From the IMG/VR virus record IMGVR_UViG_3300033149_005651: a stretch of DNA of 58,583 nt; one strand, given 5' to 3'. The notes under the pieces are model-generated. The model ran no database searches and had not been told where the DNA came from. It worked only from the letters and a program-made list of their open reading frames with translations. Shown here piece by piece: positions 10,179 through 20,136 of the stretch (its first letter is position 1; each line of letters opens with the position of its first letter). A program made the translations under genes and the position numbers. This stretch comes from an uncultured virus (IMG/VR IMGVR_UViG_3300033149_005651). Taxonomy: Duplodnaviria; Heunggongvirae; Uroviricota; Caudoviricetes.

Positions 10179-10187
10179 TAAGTATCC

Positions 10188-10682
10188 TTAAGCATTTGAC
10201 CAAACATCATCCCATTCTATGAGTACATCATCAGTAGTCGGGACCAATGAACCATCTGTCTCCATATCCCCCCAGATAATATCTGTATCTTCAGGATTAT
10301 CAGGATCAGCCCATCGAGATCCTTCAGTAACAATACATTCTATTTCATCAAGAACTGAGCAATTGCAGTGATATGTGAAAGGATCGGTTGGACCACCTCC
10401 ACATGGGTAATTCATCCGGATATAATCGATATATTGAGAACTACCCTCGGCGACAATCATATAACCTTCGTCTAAAGGACGAATAATTTGGCGCTTGACA
10501 GTGATCATACCCCTACGGAACAAGATATTATTCTTGACAAATCCGTCGGGTTCTTCGCCCCAGACATATGGTTGGCGAATTTCGGTTGTTATATCTAAAT
10601 CACCACGAACAGTTTCCCAATCGACGACATATTGTGCTTTATATTCGTCTTCTGTAAAAATATGTCCAGATTCAGCAATCAT
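10188..10682 (-). CDS. Hypothetical acidic protein, possibly structural
   Basis: 164 aa; GGGTG RBS and an upstream CAAAAATAAT motif. Confidence 0.6.
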   Translation of the reverse strand: MIAESGHIFTEDEYKAQYVVDWETVRGDLDITTEIRQPYVWGEEPDGFVKNNILFRRGMITVKRQIIRPLDEGYMIVAEGSSQYIDYIRMNYPCGGGPTDPFTYHCNCSVLDEIECIVTEGSRWADPDNPEDTDIIWGDMETDGSLVPTTDDVLIEWDDVWSNA

Positions 10683-10762
10683 ATATCACCCTTTCTAAGA
10701 AACAGCCGCTTTTATTATTTTTGAATATCGTAGATAAAAATACAAAAAATGGAGAAATTTTT

Positions 10763-13700
10763 ATGGTTCATACGATAGACAGACATAAGCCACAATTCAG
10801 TCTCTGGCCTGTTAATAATAACCGCACCGCCTGGAAACCTTTCGGGTTGCCGACAATACTCTCAGTCCCGCACCGAAAAACCCACTCTGGGCTCGGAATC
10901 CAAAACAGTCAAGTATTTAATGTCCGTATATTTATCGAAAACGTGCCACAAGAAGCACGAGTAGTAGGCCATCAACATCACGGTATACGATACCCAGACA
11001 GAGAACTCTACGCAGAAACAATCGATGCCTTACAACTTGCTGACCGAATAATAGACCTCTCAAATGTCGAAATCACTAGAGACGGAATAATAATTCCACT
11101 AGCTGACGCAAAAGATGGAGATATAATTTATTATATTTCAGTAAGCGGTGTCAAAGACACCATCGAATATTATATAGGAACAGACTATTACGACCTATCA
11201 GATATTAAATTAGATGTAGAATTACTACCATCAGATGATTATAATATAGTCTATAGCGCAGAATACTACACAAGACTCGTCACCCGCGATGAACAAGAAG
11301 ATTTCATCTGCATTGATATCTCATCAACATCACTAACAATCCTACGATTCCTTATCAAGCATCCAGGACCAATCCTGGACGAATTCTACCGATTAACACC
11401 ACCACCGTACTTAACAAATTCCGCAAAATCAGCAGACACAACAGTAGATCTCTACAGACCATTCACGGATTCGCTACAAAATATCACAGATGAACAGGAT
11501 TTACTGGAATCATTAAACTGGGTCTCAGAGACACCGCCAGAAGCGATTCCATATTTATCGAGCCTTTTAGGATGGGATTTACCATACTTTCCGGAATCAC
11601 TCGATAAACTCCGACGAGCAGTCCTCAGGAGGACAGTAGAATTCCAGAATTTAGCGGGGTCTCGCCGAGCAATTATTAATATTTTCCGATTGTTCGGTTT
11701 CGAAATTCTTATAAGTAATTTATGGTGGTCAAGTGACGGTAAGCGATTCATTAGACCGGATGAAGAACTCCCGGCACCGTATAAAGACGAAGAAATAATA
11801 ATTCAGGAAAACTGTCAAACAGATATATTATTAGATGGATGGGATAATCCTAAAACAGGATCTGCTTCATCTTTAACAACTTCGATAGATCAAGCATCAG
11901 AATTTGGTGTATTCAGAATACCCCTTATTTTTAGACCACAGGAAAAAGCAGGACTCGATGATTTTTCCACAGTTCTGGATGGTGGCAATATTACGATAGA
12001 CACTTATTTCGTCGAAGTAGGAAGTAATGCTGAATTAGCGTTAAAAGAAATTTCAAGCGAAATCAAAAGCAACCCATCAGAATATGGGGATTGTTCAGAA
12101 GTTGATGATGGATTCATAAACCCAATTGATATTCATGACAAATTAAGAGGAAAGGAATTAGTAGGATATAGCCAAATCCTCATAACAGGGAAATTAGGTG
12201 AAGCAACTGATGAGATGCTTGTTGGGCCGGAGATTCCTCTAACTAGTAATGGTGTAAATTTCGAAAGAGAGACTAATTATCTTAATATAAGTCTCAATGG
12301 AGCTTTAGATTTAGAGGATAAAGGTGTATTGCGGGTTTTATACCTCTTCGCTACATATAAGAAACAAACGATAGTAGTCCCTGAAATTATAAAAAATAAT
12401 CAAAGCAATCGTTTCGATATCCAGGTATTAACAGAATCATTAAATGAATTCGCTGATCCGATTACGCTTGACTTTGCTATTGAATTCTTAAACAGATTAA
12501 AAGCATTTCATAGTCAATTATATGTCATTAGACAACGCATTGAAATGACTGAGACGTATGAGGTCACAGATATTTGTGTTGGTGGTGATATACAGCAGAG
12601 ATATGATACAGACATTGGGATGCTTCAAGTCCCTCCGGCTATTATTCCAGCTATCCCGGAGGATATTAACGCTTGTGTTTTATTGGATTATAAAGCGTTG
12701 GGTTACAAAGAGGATGATATTGAATTACGCCAACGCAAATTAACTAATATGCCAGAAGAGCATGCTGCTTGGAAAGCATATGACGAAAGAGAATCAGAAA
12801 TAGTTGGACAAGAACGCCTTAAACCAGCGGAGCCTGCTCCTGGTAGGGAGGATTGTAAGTTCAATTATATTGGGCAAGATCGGATCGTACAGGGACGTAT
12901 TGAATCGCGAAATATTGTGTATATTCCTGGTCCTATGACGAATAATGGAGATGCTGGATTCCAAAAGAATCCTGATATTTCTCCGGGCGATGTGGCTATC
13001 GGTGGTGAGTATAATACAACTGGGGCCGATGTTTCAGCAAATAGTGATAGTAGTGCGTACGGTTCATTTACTAGGGAGTATACTGAGATACGAACTCCTT
13101 TTTGTGAGCTTGATAATATAACAGATTATTGTTATAAGGGACGGGTTGATGATGAGCTATTACATAGACCCACAGTAGTTGCTAATGAATATATTAGATG
13201 CCATCCTTGTAGTATTAGCGTCGGGAGTGGTGTTTATTGGACTTTCCCGTCGATTAGTGTTATGGCTACTCCTGGTCATATGAATGCGTCATCGAATAGT
13301 AAGAGTCAGGTGCCATTATTCAGTGGTGGAGCTGATCAATCTGGGATTATGCATTTTACGGACGGTCCGCAGGGTGAAAATCTTACTGTTTCTTATGATG
13401 TGAGATTGCCAGCTAAAAATGATAATTTTTATGGCAGGTTATGTCGTGATTTTGACACTCCTGTTTCGACGACGTTGCATTTTACTAATCGTCGGATTGA
13501 TTTCGATTGGGATCAGCGTCAACATTTGGCACTAGAGAGACCAAATATTGAAATAAGCAAGATTAATTTACATCTTCCGGGTTGTCGATTCCCTATGATG
13601 TATGCTTTAGAAAATGATTTTGTAAGTGATGTTTGGAGAGCTAGACCATGGGATGATCAGTATAGTGACCCATGTGGTCCTATTAGCACTTGTCATTCTG

Positions 13701-14413
13701 AACCGACGTATCTTAATGTTGATAAGACTACGGACGATGATGGCAATGAATTTTTAGTGTTTGATGATGTTCCGTATTCTATCGCTGGTAATAATCTCAT
13801 TCCTGATATTCCTAGCTTAGGAGATCATGCTTTACAGACTGGATCATCATTTTCCGAGTCGGATGCGATCCATAAGGTTTATATGAAAGATGCTGATTTA
13901 AATCCCGCAGTTGTTTTTGATCAAGTTTGTGAATATGATGGTGATGTTATTGATGGAATTATTAGCGTAGACAATCCTATTTTTTCGAGTTATGGGGATT
14001 GCGGGACTGAACTTTCTGATTTTGCGGATGGTTATGGTTGTGTTTATGGGCCGCAGCCATATGCTGGTGTTGATATTGGCTCATATGATGATGTTTTGGA
14101 TGGTCTTGGTGTTCCTTTGGGTGGTACTGATAATCCAGCGACTGTTTTGTTTTTATGTGGTTCTGGGATTCTTGATGAGTTGGGCACAAGACTGGATTGT
14201 GGGTGTTTAGTTATTAATTGTGATCAAACAGATCCGACTGATAGCCCGATTGATACGATTTGTAGTGCTGATCTCTTTTTAGATGAAAATGACTTATATG
14301 ATTGGGATTGTGATCATTTGAGATTAGAGTCACGATTGCTTGAGGAAGAAACGGTTGGGGTATGCTCTACGCGAGTTGATGGCACTATCCCAACAATGTT
14401 AGAGCTTTTATGA
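10763..14413 (+). CDS. Large baseplate/tail protein with a P2 gpI-like (tail protein I) segment
   Basis: GGAG RBS at 10751. YLSSLLGWDL...LRRAVLR..VEFQNLAGS..AI..IFRLFG resembles the baseplate-wedge gpI helical motif. Cys/Asp-rich C-terminus. Confidence 0.6.
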   Translation: MVHTIDRHKPQFSLWPVNNNRTAWKPFGLPTILSVPHRKTHSGLGIQNSQVFNVRIFIENVPQEARVVGHQHHGIRYPDRELYAETIDALQLADRIIDLSNVEITRDGIIIPLADAKDGDIIYYISVSGVKDTIEYYIGTDYYDLSDIKLDVELLPSDDYNIVYSAEYYTRLVTRDEQEDFICIDISSTSLTILRFLIKHPGPILDEFYRLTPPPYLTNSAKSADTTVDLYRPFTDSLQNITDEQDLLESLNWVSETPPEAIPYLSSLLGWDLPYFPESLDKLRRAVLRRTVEFQNLAGSRRAIINIFRLFGFEILISNLWWSSDGKRFIRPDEELPAPYKDEEIIIQENCQTDILLDGWDNPKTGSASSLTTSIDQASEFGVFRIPLIFRPQEKAGLDDFSTVLDGGNITIDTYFVEVGSNAELALKEISSEIKSNPSEYGDCSEVDDGFINPIDIHDKLRGKELVGYSQILITGKLGEATDEMLVGPEIPLTSNGVNFERETNYLNISLNGALDLEDKGVLRVLYLFATYKKQTIVVPEIIKNNQSNRFDIQVLTESLNEFADPITLDFAIEFLNRLKAFHSQLYVIRQRIEMTETYEVTDICVGGDIQQRYDTDIGMLQVPPAIIPAIPEDINACVLLDYKALGYKEDDIELRQRKLTNMPEEHAAWKAYDERESEIVGQERLKPAEPAPGREDCKFNYIGQDRIVQGRIESRNIVYIPGPMTNNGDAGFQKNPDISPGDVAIGGEYNTTGADVSANSDSSAYGSFTREYTEIRTPFCELDNITDYCYKGRVDDELLHRPTVVANEYIRCHPCSISVGSGVYWTFPSISVMATPGHMNASSNSKSQVPLFSGGADQSGIMHFTDGPQGENLTVSYDVRLPAKNDNFYGRLCRDFDTPVSTTLHFTNRRIDFDWDQRQHLALERPNIEISKINLHLPGCRFPMMYALENDFVSDVWRARPWDDQYSDPCGPISTCHSEPTYLNVDKTTDDDGNEFLVFDDVPYSIAGNNLIPDIPSLGDHALQTGSSFSESDAIHKVYMKDADLNPAVVFDQVCEYDGDVIDGIISVDNPIFSSYGDCGTELSDFADGYGCVYGPQPYAGVDIGSYDDVLDGLGVPLGGTDNPATVLFLCGSGILDELGTRLDCGCLVINCDQTDPTDSPIDTICSADLFLDENDLYDWDCDHLRLESRLLEEETVGVCSTRVDGTIPTMLELL

Positions 14414-14478
14414 TCGAAGTTATACCAACATTATAAAATTCGCAAAGCTTGGGAAAAACCGATAATCAGAAATATCCG

Positions 14479-15918
14479 ATGAAAAAGATCAATATTATCG
14501 CAATGCGGCGGTCTGGGCATCATGCTATAATCAAGTGGATTGCGGGTCATTTCGCCACGACAGCATTTCATAATGATTCTGGTAAAATTCATCGAGATCC
14601 TAAAAATGGAGTACCTGGGATTTATACTTTTGAAGGATTTGGTGATGGAGAGTGTGAGATAATAAATTATGAGGATTCGTTGGCTGAAATAGATGTAGTT
14701 GATCCCATTATCATTTTGCGTGATCCATTTAATTGTTTTGCTAGCAGATTAATGTCACGATTTGGTCTTGAAAATAAATTAAACATTAATCTTTGGAAAA
14801 ACCATGCTTATGCTGTTTTAGATAAACATAAACATATTTTATACAATGAATGGTTTGTTAGCAAAATTTATCGAGAAGGAATTTCAAGCGATTTAGGTAT
14901 GCCGCATATTGATGCATTCTTAGATGAATTATCTACTTTTGGCTTTGGATCGAGTTTTGATATACATAAGTTTACTGATTCTGCTACTAAAATGGATGTG
15001 TTGAAGAGGTGGAAGAATTGTCTCGATAACGAATCGTATTTAAAGTTAATAGAAGATAAAGAACTTATCGAATTATCATCAGCTATATTTGGCAATGGAA
15101 TTTTAAAAATGTATCAAGAATTAATACAATTTGCATTAGATCATCCTGAAACAATTGATGATGTAAATGTTATCATGAACAAAAAGGCTTTACCATATCT
15201 ATTAGATTCAGATTTATGGCCGAGGGCTGCAACACCCTCTTTAATTGTCGATCAAGAAGACGAAGAGCAACGTCATATTCGTGCGAAAGCAATAATGACC
15301 CGTTATATTAAAGAGGATTTTACTAATAAAAAATTCTTAGATTTTGGTGCTGGAGATTCAGATTGTATAAAGTTCGCTACCGGTGCCAAAGTAGCTATGG
15401 CTTATGATATAGTAAAACATGACGGTGTAACAATCAAATGGCAAGAAGTCATAGACCATAGACCATATGATATTATTCTATTATATGACGTTATCGATCA
15501 TTTGCTCCGTAATGGTCAGATCATACATTTAGATGATGTTGCTGACACTATAGCAGATATGGTAGATGTACTTGGTGATAATGGGGTGATTTATATGCGA
15601 TGCCATCCATGGACTTCACGGCATGGTACGCATGCGTATAAGTCAAAAAGCAAAAACAAAGCATTTATTCATTATTATACGGAAGAGTTCGAGATCCCAA
15701 CTATTAGAATTATTGAACCGATTTTGGCTTATGAAACAATATTTAAGAAGGCTGGCTTAAAAATAATCGAACGTAACGTAATCAAACAACCGCTGGAACC
15801 GATTTTTGGTAATCCAGCTTTCGGTTATTGGAAAAATCATTTCACGTTGAGAAATATTGGAATGTATCAAGAAATAATGTCAATAAATTTTATTGACTAT
15901 AAACTTGCTAAACTTTAG
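14479..15918 (+). CDS. Sulfotransferase-like + class I SAM methyltransferase fusion
   Basis: N-half: MRRSGHHA (5'-PSB-like) and ILRDPFNCFAS (3'-PB-like). C-half: FLDFGAGD (motif I) and YDIILLYDVIDH. Confidence 0.65.
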   Translation: MKKINIIAMRRSGHHAIIKWIAGHFATTAFHNDSGKIHRDPKNGVPGIYTFEGFGDGECEIINYEDSLAEIDVVDPIIILRDPFNCFASRLMSRFGLENKLNINLWKNHAYAVLDKHKHILYNEWFVSKIYREGISSDLGMPHIDAFLDELSTFGFGSSFDIHKFTDSATKMDVLKRWKNCLDNESYLKLIEDKELIELSSAIFGNGILKMYQELIQFALDHPETIDDVNVIMNKKALPYLLDSDLWPRAATPSLIVDQEDEEQRHIRAKAIMTRYIKEDFTNKKFLDFGAGDSDCIKFATGAKVAMAYDIVKHDGVTIKWQEVIDHRPYDIILLYDVIDHLLRNGQIIHLDDVADTIADMVDVLGDNGVIYMRCHPWTSRHGTHAYKSKSKNKAFIHYYTEEFEIPTIRIIEPILAYETIFKKAGLKIIERNVIKQPLEPIFGNPAFGYWKNHFTLRNIGMYQEIMSINFIDYKLAKL

Positions 15919-15927
15919 ACTCACCGA

Positions 15928-16020
15928 TCAGTATCCTAGCTTGCGACCACCATGTTCGTTATCAGCGACAACCTTTGCGCCGGGAACGAAGGTCAAAGCC
16001 TCAGCAATCACGTAGCTTCC
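15928..16020 (-). pseudogene. Orphan C-terminal fragment of a split conserved phage gene
   Basis: Reads GSYVIAEALTFVPGAKVVADNEHGGRKLGY* with no start codon; complements the N-terminal fragment at 16982..17083. Confidence 0.6.
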
Positions 16021-16028
16021 ATGTGATG

Positions 16029-16931
16029 CTACGCAAGCTGTGATGTGAGCCAATCTGAAATGAGTGTCTTCGGTTCCCAGCCAAGGACTCGCTTTGCTTG
16101 CGTCACATCGGCGAGGGTCTTTTTGGCTTCACCCTGTCTTGGTGCGATATATGTGATCTTATCGGAGATTATTTGGGCTATCTCTAGGACGGATATGTTC
16201 CGCCCGGAGCCGATATTGATAGTCTCGCTTGGCACCTCCGGTTCGCTAGTCATCGCCCGTATGTTGGCGTCTACTACATCACCAACATAGACAAAATCCC
16301 GGAGGCTACTACCATCACCAACCACCGTCAGAGGTTGGCCCTTCTGCAATTGATCCAGGAATAGACCGGTCACCAAGGAATACGGCCCATCGACCGGGCT
16401 ATCCTCCCCGAAGACATTGAAATATCGCAAGTTGATGGCTTTAATACCATATGTTTTAGCATAACAATGAATCATTTCTTCTGCTGCGAGTTTGGAGGCA
16501 GCATACGGGTTGAGGCAATCAGTTTTAGTTGACTCAGGAGTCGGAAATTGATCAGTTAGTCCATAAACCGAGGATGAGCTTGAATTGATGAATCGCGGTA
16601 TTCTATGGAGTCTACACGCCTCCAGGATATTGATTGTTCCGGTTATGTTGACGTTGGCTGTGCGTATTGGATTATCAATAGAGTTCTGAATTCGAGCTTC
16701 TGCAGCCAGATGGAAAACACATTCGGTATCCTTGAATAAAGTATCTTGTGGGTTTATGGTGAAGATGTCTTCATGATAATATTCAATGTTTTTATGATCG
16801 ATTTTATTCCCACTGTAATTGTTGTCGATCACAACAATTTTGGAATCGAAGCCGGAGATTCCAACCCTTAAAAGTTCACGAACCAAATGGGTACCAATGA
16901 AGCCACATCCACCAGTTACGATAATTTTCAT
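16029..16931 (-). CDS. NAD-dependent epimerase/dehydratase (extended SDR, GalE-like)
   Basis: TGGCGFIG Rossmann motif, HLAA, SSSSVYG, catalytic YAASK, LRYFNVFG, RDFVYV. Confidence 0.93.
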   Translation of the reverse strand: MKIIVTGGCGFIGTHLVRELLRVGISGFDSKIVVIDNNYSGNKIDHKNIEYYHEDIFTINPQDTLFKDTECVFHLAAEARIQNSIDNPIRTANVNITGTINILEACRLHRIPRFINSSSSSVYGLTDQFPTPESTKTDCLNPYAASKLAAEEMIHCYAKTYGIKAINLRYFNVFGEDSPVDGPYSLVTGLFLDQLQKGQPLTVVGDGSSLRDFVYVGDVVDANIRAMTSEPEVPSETINIGSGRNISVLEIAQIISDKITYIAPRQGEAKKTLADVTQAKRVLGWEPKTLISDWLTSQLA

Positions 16932-16981
16932 AAGAAGTTCCCAAGTAATTTGCTACCAGTGTTGTCTACTTTATAATACAC

Positions 16982-17083
16982 TTTGCATAACAACTGAAAC
17001 AAGTCGACGTCCCCGAAGACTTGAACGTCTACCACGTTTTTCCGCGTACCAGAGATGTCCGAATTACACAATGTCTTTTCCAT
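16982..17083 (-). pseudogene. N-terminal fragment of the split gene
   Basis: MEKTLCNSDISGTRKNVVDVQVFGDVDLFQLLCK, TAATG-coupled to the upstream gene, then runs into unrelated sequence before the epimerase. Confidence 0.6.
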
Positions 17084-17448
17084 TATATATTCATCTTTCT
17101 TGATCTTATTGATGTCCAAGATCCACCACGCAATTCTTTAATTTCGACAGTTGCTGAGTGGGATACTATTTCTTGCGCGAACATTTTATTCAGGTCATCA
17201 AGAGATCCTTCTTTGAGTTTCTGACCTGATACCCATATCCCACATTGTCGCTCGTGATCTGCTTTGACTGGTGGGTCAAGTTTGATTGTGTCGAGGGTTT
17301 TCTTGATGAGTTCTCCTTTCTTTGCTCTTTCTGTGTACCCATCTGGAATATCATCTGATAAAACCATTTGATCAGCAGCTTCTCCGATGGTTTTGAGGAA
17401 TTGGTCGCGAGTTTCTTCATTTTTAAAAGTAAATAATATACTCTTCAC
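17083..17448 (-). CDS. Hypothetical protein
   Basis: AGGAG RBS (17456-17460) before GTG 17448; the longer ORF-track start overlaps a + strand gene. Confidence 0.65.
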   Translation of the reverse strand: MKSILFTFKNEETRDQFLKTIGEAADQMVLSDDIPDGYTERAKKGELIKKTLDTIKLDPPVKADHERQCGIWVSGQKLKEGSLDDLNKMFAQEIVSHSATVEIKELRGGSWTSIRSRKMNI

Positions 17449-17505
17449 AGGTTTGCTCCTAATTTGTTGTTTGTACAACGTATATACTAAACGAAGGAAT
17501 GAAAC

Positions 17506-17880
17506 ATGAAATCTCAAAAAATCAATCGCCCAGTCGAAACTAAACAAACTACTGTCCTGTCGGAAAAAACACCAAAACCAATTCCAGACATACAACCAAC
17601 AACTAAATATCCGCTAAGAGTCATCAACTTTGTAGAAGTAGGCAGTATGGGTGGTGGGCAAATCCAACTGTTGATGCAAGAACTCAATGCTACGTACGAT
17701 CGAGCACAGGGCGGAGTTCATTATTTTCTTCCGATACGCAACGGAAAAATTGGTTCAGATATTGTCTTCGAAGAAGAATGGACAAAAATCGCCAGAGAAA
17801 CTCTCGAAGTCAATGAAGATGGTGAAATTCAAATCAAGAATGGCGCAAGAGATTGCGAAATAATTCGCAGAAAGATATGA
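17506..17880 (+). CDS. Hypothetical protein
   Basis: 124 aa; AAGGA RBS. Confidence 0.65.
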   Translation: MKSQKINRPVETKQTTVLSEKTPKPIPDIQPTTKYPLRVINFVEVGSMGGGQIQLLMQELNATYDRAQGGVHYFLPIRNGKIGSDIVFEEEWTKIARETLEVNEDGEIQIKNGARDCEIIRRKI

Positions 17881-17881
17881 G

Positions 17882-18880
17882 ATGACAAATCAAGACATTA
17901 TCAAATGGCTTTGGCAATATGGGCATTTTTATAACCCAACAATGCCAAATGTGCAAAATATTCAAGCCAGTGATATAACTTCCCTCACTGTTGATGACGA
18001 AACAGTAAAAGAGGCAATTACATCACTCCAAATGCTTGACGCGAATTTCGAACTTTTATCACAACAGCATCATAATCGTGTTGCTCAATTCGACGGAATT
18101 ATTGGTCCAGCAACGCAGGAACTTTTGATGCTCCCACGATGTGGGCAACCAGATTACGAAGATCAAACCGCAACTGGTGAAGGATCATGGCAGGTGCCGG
18201 GATGTGACCCGACTAGGCCAGATCGAGAACACGAACATTCGATTCGGGTCGCAATTAATACTTCAAATGCCAGTTCAAAAGTTAAAGGTTACCTTGATGA
18301 GTCGCTAGAAATGGTGCGAGCGGCTTATGGAGATATGGGACTCTCAGTACGTTATATTCTCGATGGGTCCACCGATGTCGAAATTGTCAAAAGATTTCAA
18401 CGATTGGCTGGGGGTACCATCGGTTGGAATCATGTTTTACAACGTTCAACATGTGCTCAAACCCTAGAAGGTCGCTTAGATAGTGGGTACCAACCAGATG
18501 CCCAATTATTCGCTATTCTTGAATGTCACGAAACCGGACATGGTGTGGGTGCTGGTCATACACGTGGCGGAATCATGAATCCATCGATTCTCAGAGTAAG
18601 CCCACTTTCATGGCGTGGTGATCCAAGCGAATCAAAAATGGTCAGATGGTTTGGCGGGGAACCAATCGATAGTGAACCAAATCCGCCAGCACCAATAATC
18701 AATCCTCCACTAGATGGAGTAATTTATGGCGATCTATTTGATCAAAATAAAATTGCGATTCGTGGTACACTTACTTTAACGATTACTGATGAAAAACCCG
18801 GAGAATATGATTATATTATCGAACCGGTACCAGGAACAGATAATAAGTTCAGAACAGTCCAAAAACCAGATGTAGGTTAA
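17882..18880 (+). CDS. Matrixin (M10, MMP-like) zinc metalloprotease with pro-domain
   Basis: Cysteine switch PRCGQPD, Zn motif HETGHGVGAGH, Met-turn GIMNP, PG-binding-like DGIIGPAT. Confidence 0.85.
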   Translation: MTNQDIIKWLWQYGHFYNPTMPNVQNIQASDITSLTVDDETVKEAITSLQMLDANFELLSQQHHNRVAQFDGIIGPATQELLMLPRCGQPDYEDQTATGEGSWQVPGCDPTRPDREHEHSIRVAINTSNASSKVKGYLDESLEMVRAAYGDMGLSVRYILDGSTDVEIVKRFQRLAGGTIGWNHVLQRSTCAQTLEGRLDSGYQPDAQLFAILECHETGHGVGAGHTRGGIMNPSILRVSPLSWRGDPSESKMVRWFGGEPIDSEPNPPAPIINPPLDGVIYGDLFDQNKIAIRGTLTLTITDEKPGEYDYIIEPVPGTDNKFRTVQKPDVG

Positions 18881-18883
18881 AAA

Positions 18884-19192
18884 ATGACAAGGCAAGTTGA
18901 TCTTGAAAACGGAATCGAAAAAGCAGCTGCAGCTCTTGCAGGACACCAAAGAGAAGAAGTTTCTACACAGTGGCAGCTAATGCGTAATAAACTTGATAGT
19001 TTATTGCTATCAACCCATACTCTCAAAACCGATGAAGTAAGAAGGTTCACTCTACAAATAGATAGTATGGATTACGAACAACGTCGTACATTCATCAACG
19101 CAAATTGGGGATCTGTTTGTTTAGAACGGTGTGTCCCTATTCTTATCCAACTTGAAGCTTTAGAGAAGCACATCGCTAAACAAAATACTTAA
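18884..19192 (+). CDS. Hypothetical protein
   Basis: 102 aa ORF following the protease. Confidence 0.55.
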   Translation: MTRQVDLENGIEKAAAALAGHQREEVSTQWQLMRNKLDSLLLSTHTLKTDEVRRFTLQIDSMDYEQRRTFINANWGSVCLERCVPILIQLEALEKHIAKQNT

Positions 19193-20127
19193 CGGTATTT
19201 ATCGCAATTATCATTAGCTATTTTCTTCATGATTGTGATATCATCATCGCCCACACCTAAATATCTAGCAAGTATAAATTCATCATCTAAGGTAATGGAA
19301 CATTGAATGGGATCATCTGTCCCCAATGTTACTTTTTGCCCAGTGTCAATAAGAGCAATAATAGGATGATAATCAGGATTTGTCCAAACACCCGTTAGAT
19401 AATTACTAGTTAATCCAAGATCAAATGTGATATCGTGATCTAACGCGATTTCCATCATTTCTGATTCGATCATTTTGATCCCATGAGCAATATTGGTTAC
19501 CCCCAAGTGCTGGATAGCATGCAAGCCATTTTCAGCACTTTGGGATTCAGCAACATGTGCTCTGAGCATTTTACCAGCGTTTTTCCATTCTTTGAATATC
19601 GGCTGGTAAAATTTATAATCAAATTGTTCTTCATCACCAACTAAGTCAAGTCCTATTAATCGGTCAGCGATATCTGGATTATTAATTAAATCGGCGTATT
19701 GTCTTTGACTGGCTTTAGTCGATTCATATTTTAGTGATAAAACCAGACCTACTCCGCCTGGTCTGTATGTTTCGAAGCATTCGTGGACGAATTTTATAGC
19801 TTCGTGTTTGTGCCATTTTAATGCGTCCATATATTTGTTGATGGAGAAGTCTAACCAGCAGTAGTCGATTTTTTCTTGTTCTAACTCATCGCATACGGAT
19901 TTAATAGAACTTGCGATTAATCCTTCGGTCCATGGCATATGATCGAGGATTGTGAATTTTGATAGGAATCTATAAAAATCTCTATGTTCATTTGGCGCGA
20001 ATGTCATCGCCGTCACAACATCGGATCGATCTTCAGCAAGATGTTTTAATCCGAGATCTCTGATGACTCGCCATATCCAGTCGATCGGTATTGAACCGCC
20101 AAGGTGTCGGTGGGTATCATATTTCAT
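19189..20127 (-). CDS. add: Adenosine deaminase family protein
   Basis: HRHLGGS, GLDLVGDE, HVAES (catalytic H/E), IAHG and LGTDDP; the metal and catalytic residues are all present. Confidence 0.88.
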   Translation of the reverse strand: MKYDTHRHLGGSIPIDWIWRVIRDLGLKHLAEDRSDVVTAMTFAPNEHRDFYRFLSKFTILDHMPWTEGLIASSIKSVCDELEQEKIDYCWLDFSINKYMDALKWHKHEAIKFVHECFETYRPGGVGLVLSLKYESTKASQRQYADLINNPDIADRLIGLDLVGDEEQFDYKFYQPIFKEWKNAGKMLRAHVAESQSAENGLHAIQHLGVTNIAHGIKMIESEMMEIALDHDITFDLGLTSNYLTGVWTNPDYHPIIALIDTGQKVTLGTDDPIQCSITLDDEFILARYLGVGDDDITIMKKIANDNCDKYR

Positions 20128-20136
20128 AGATCAGAG

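Noticed and set aside
16021..16981. Intron or intein explanation for the split gene
   Set aside because: The middle of the interrupted gene appears deleted, the insert is almost entirely the epimerase ORF, and no ribozyme or intein motifs are visible.
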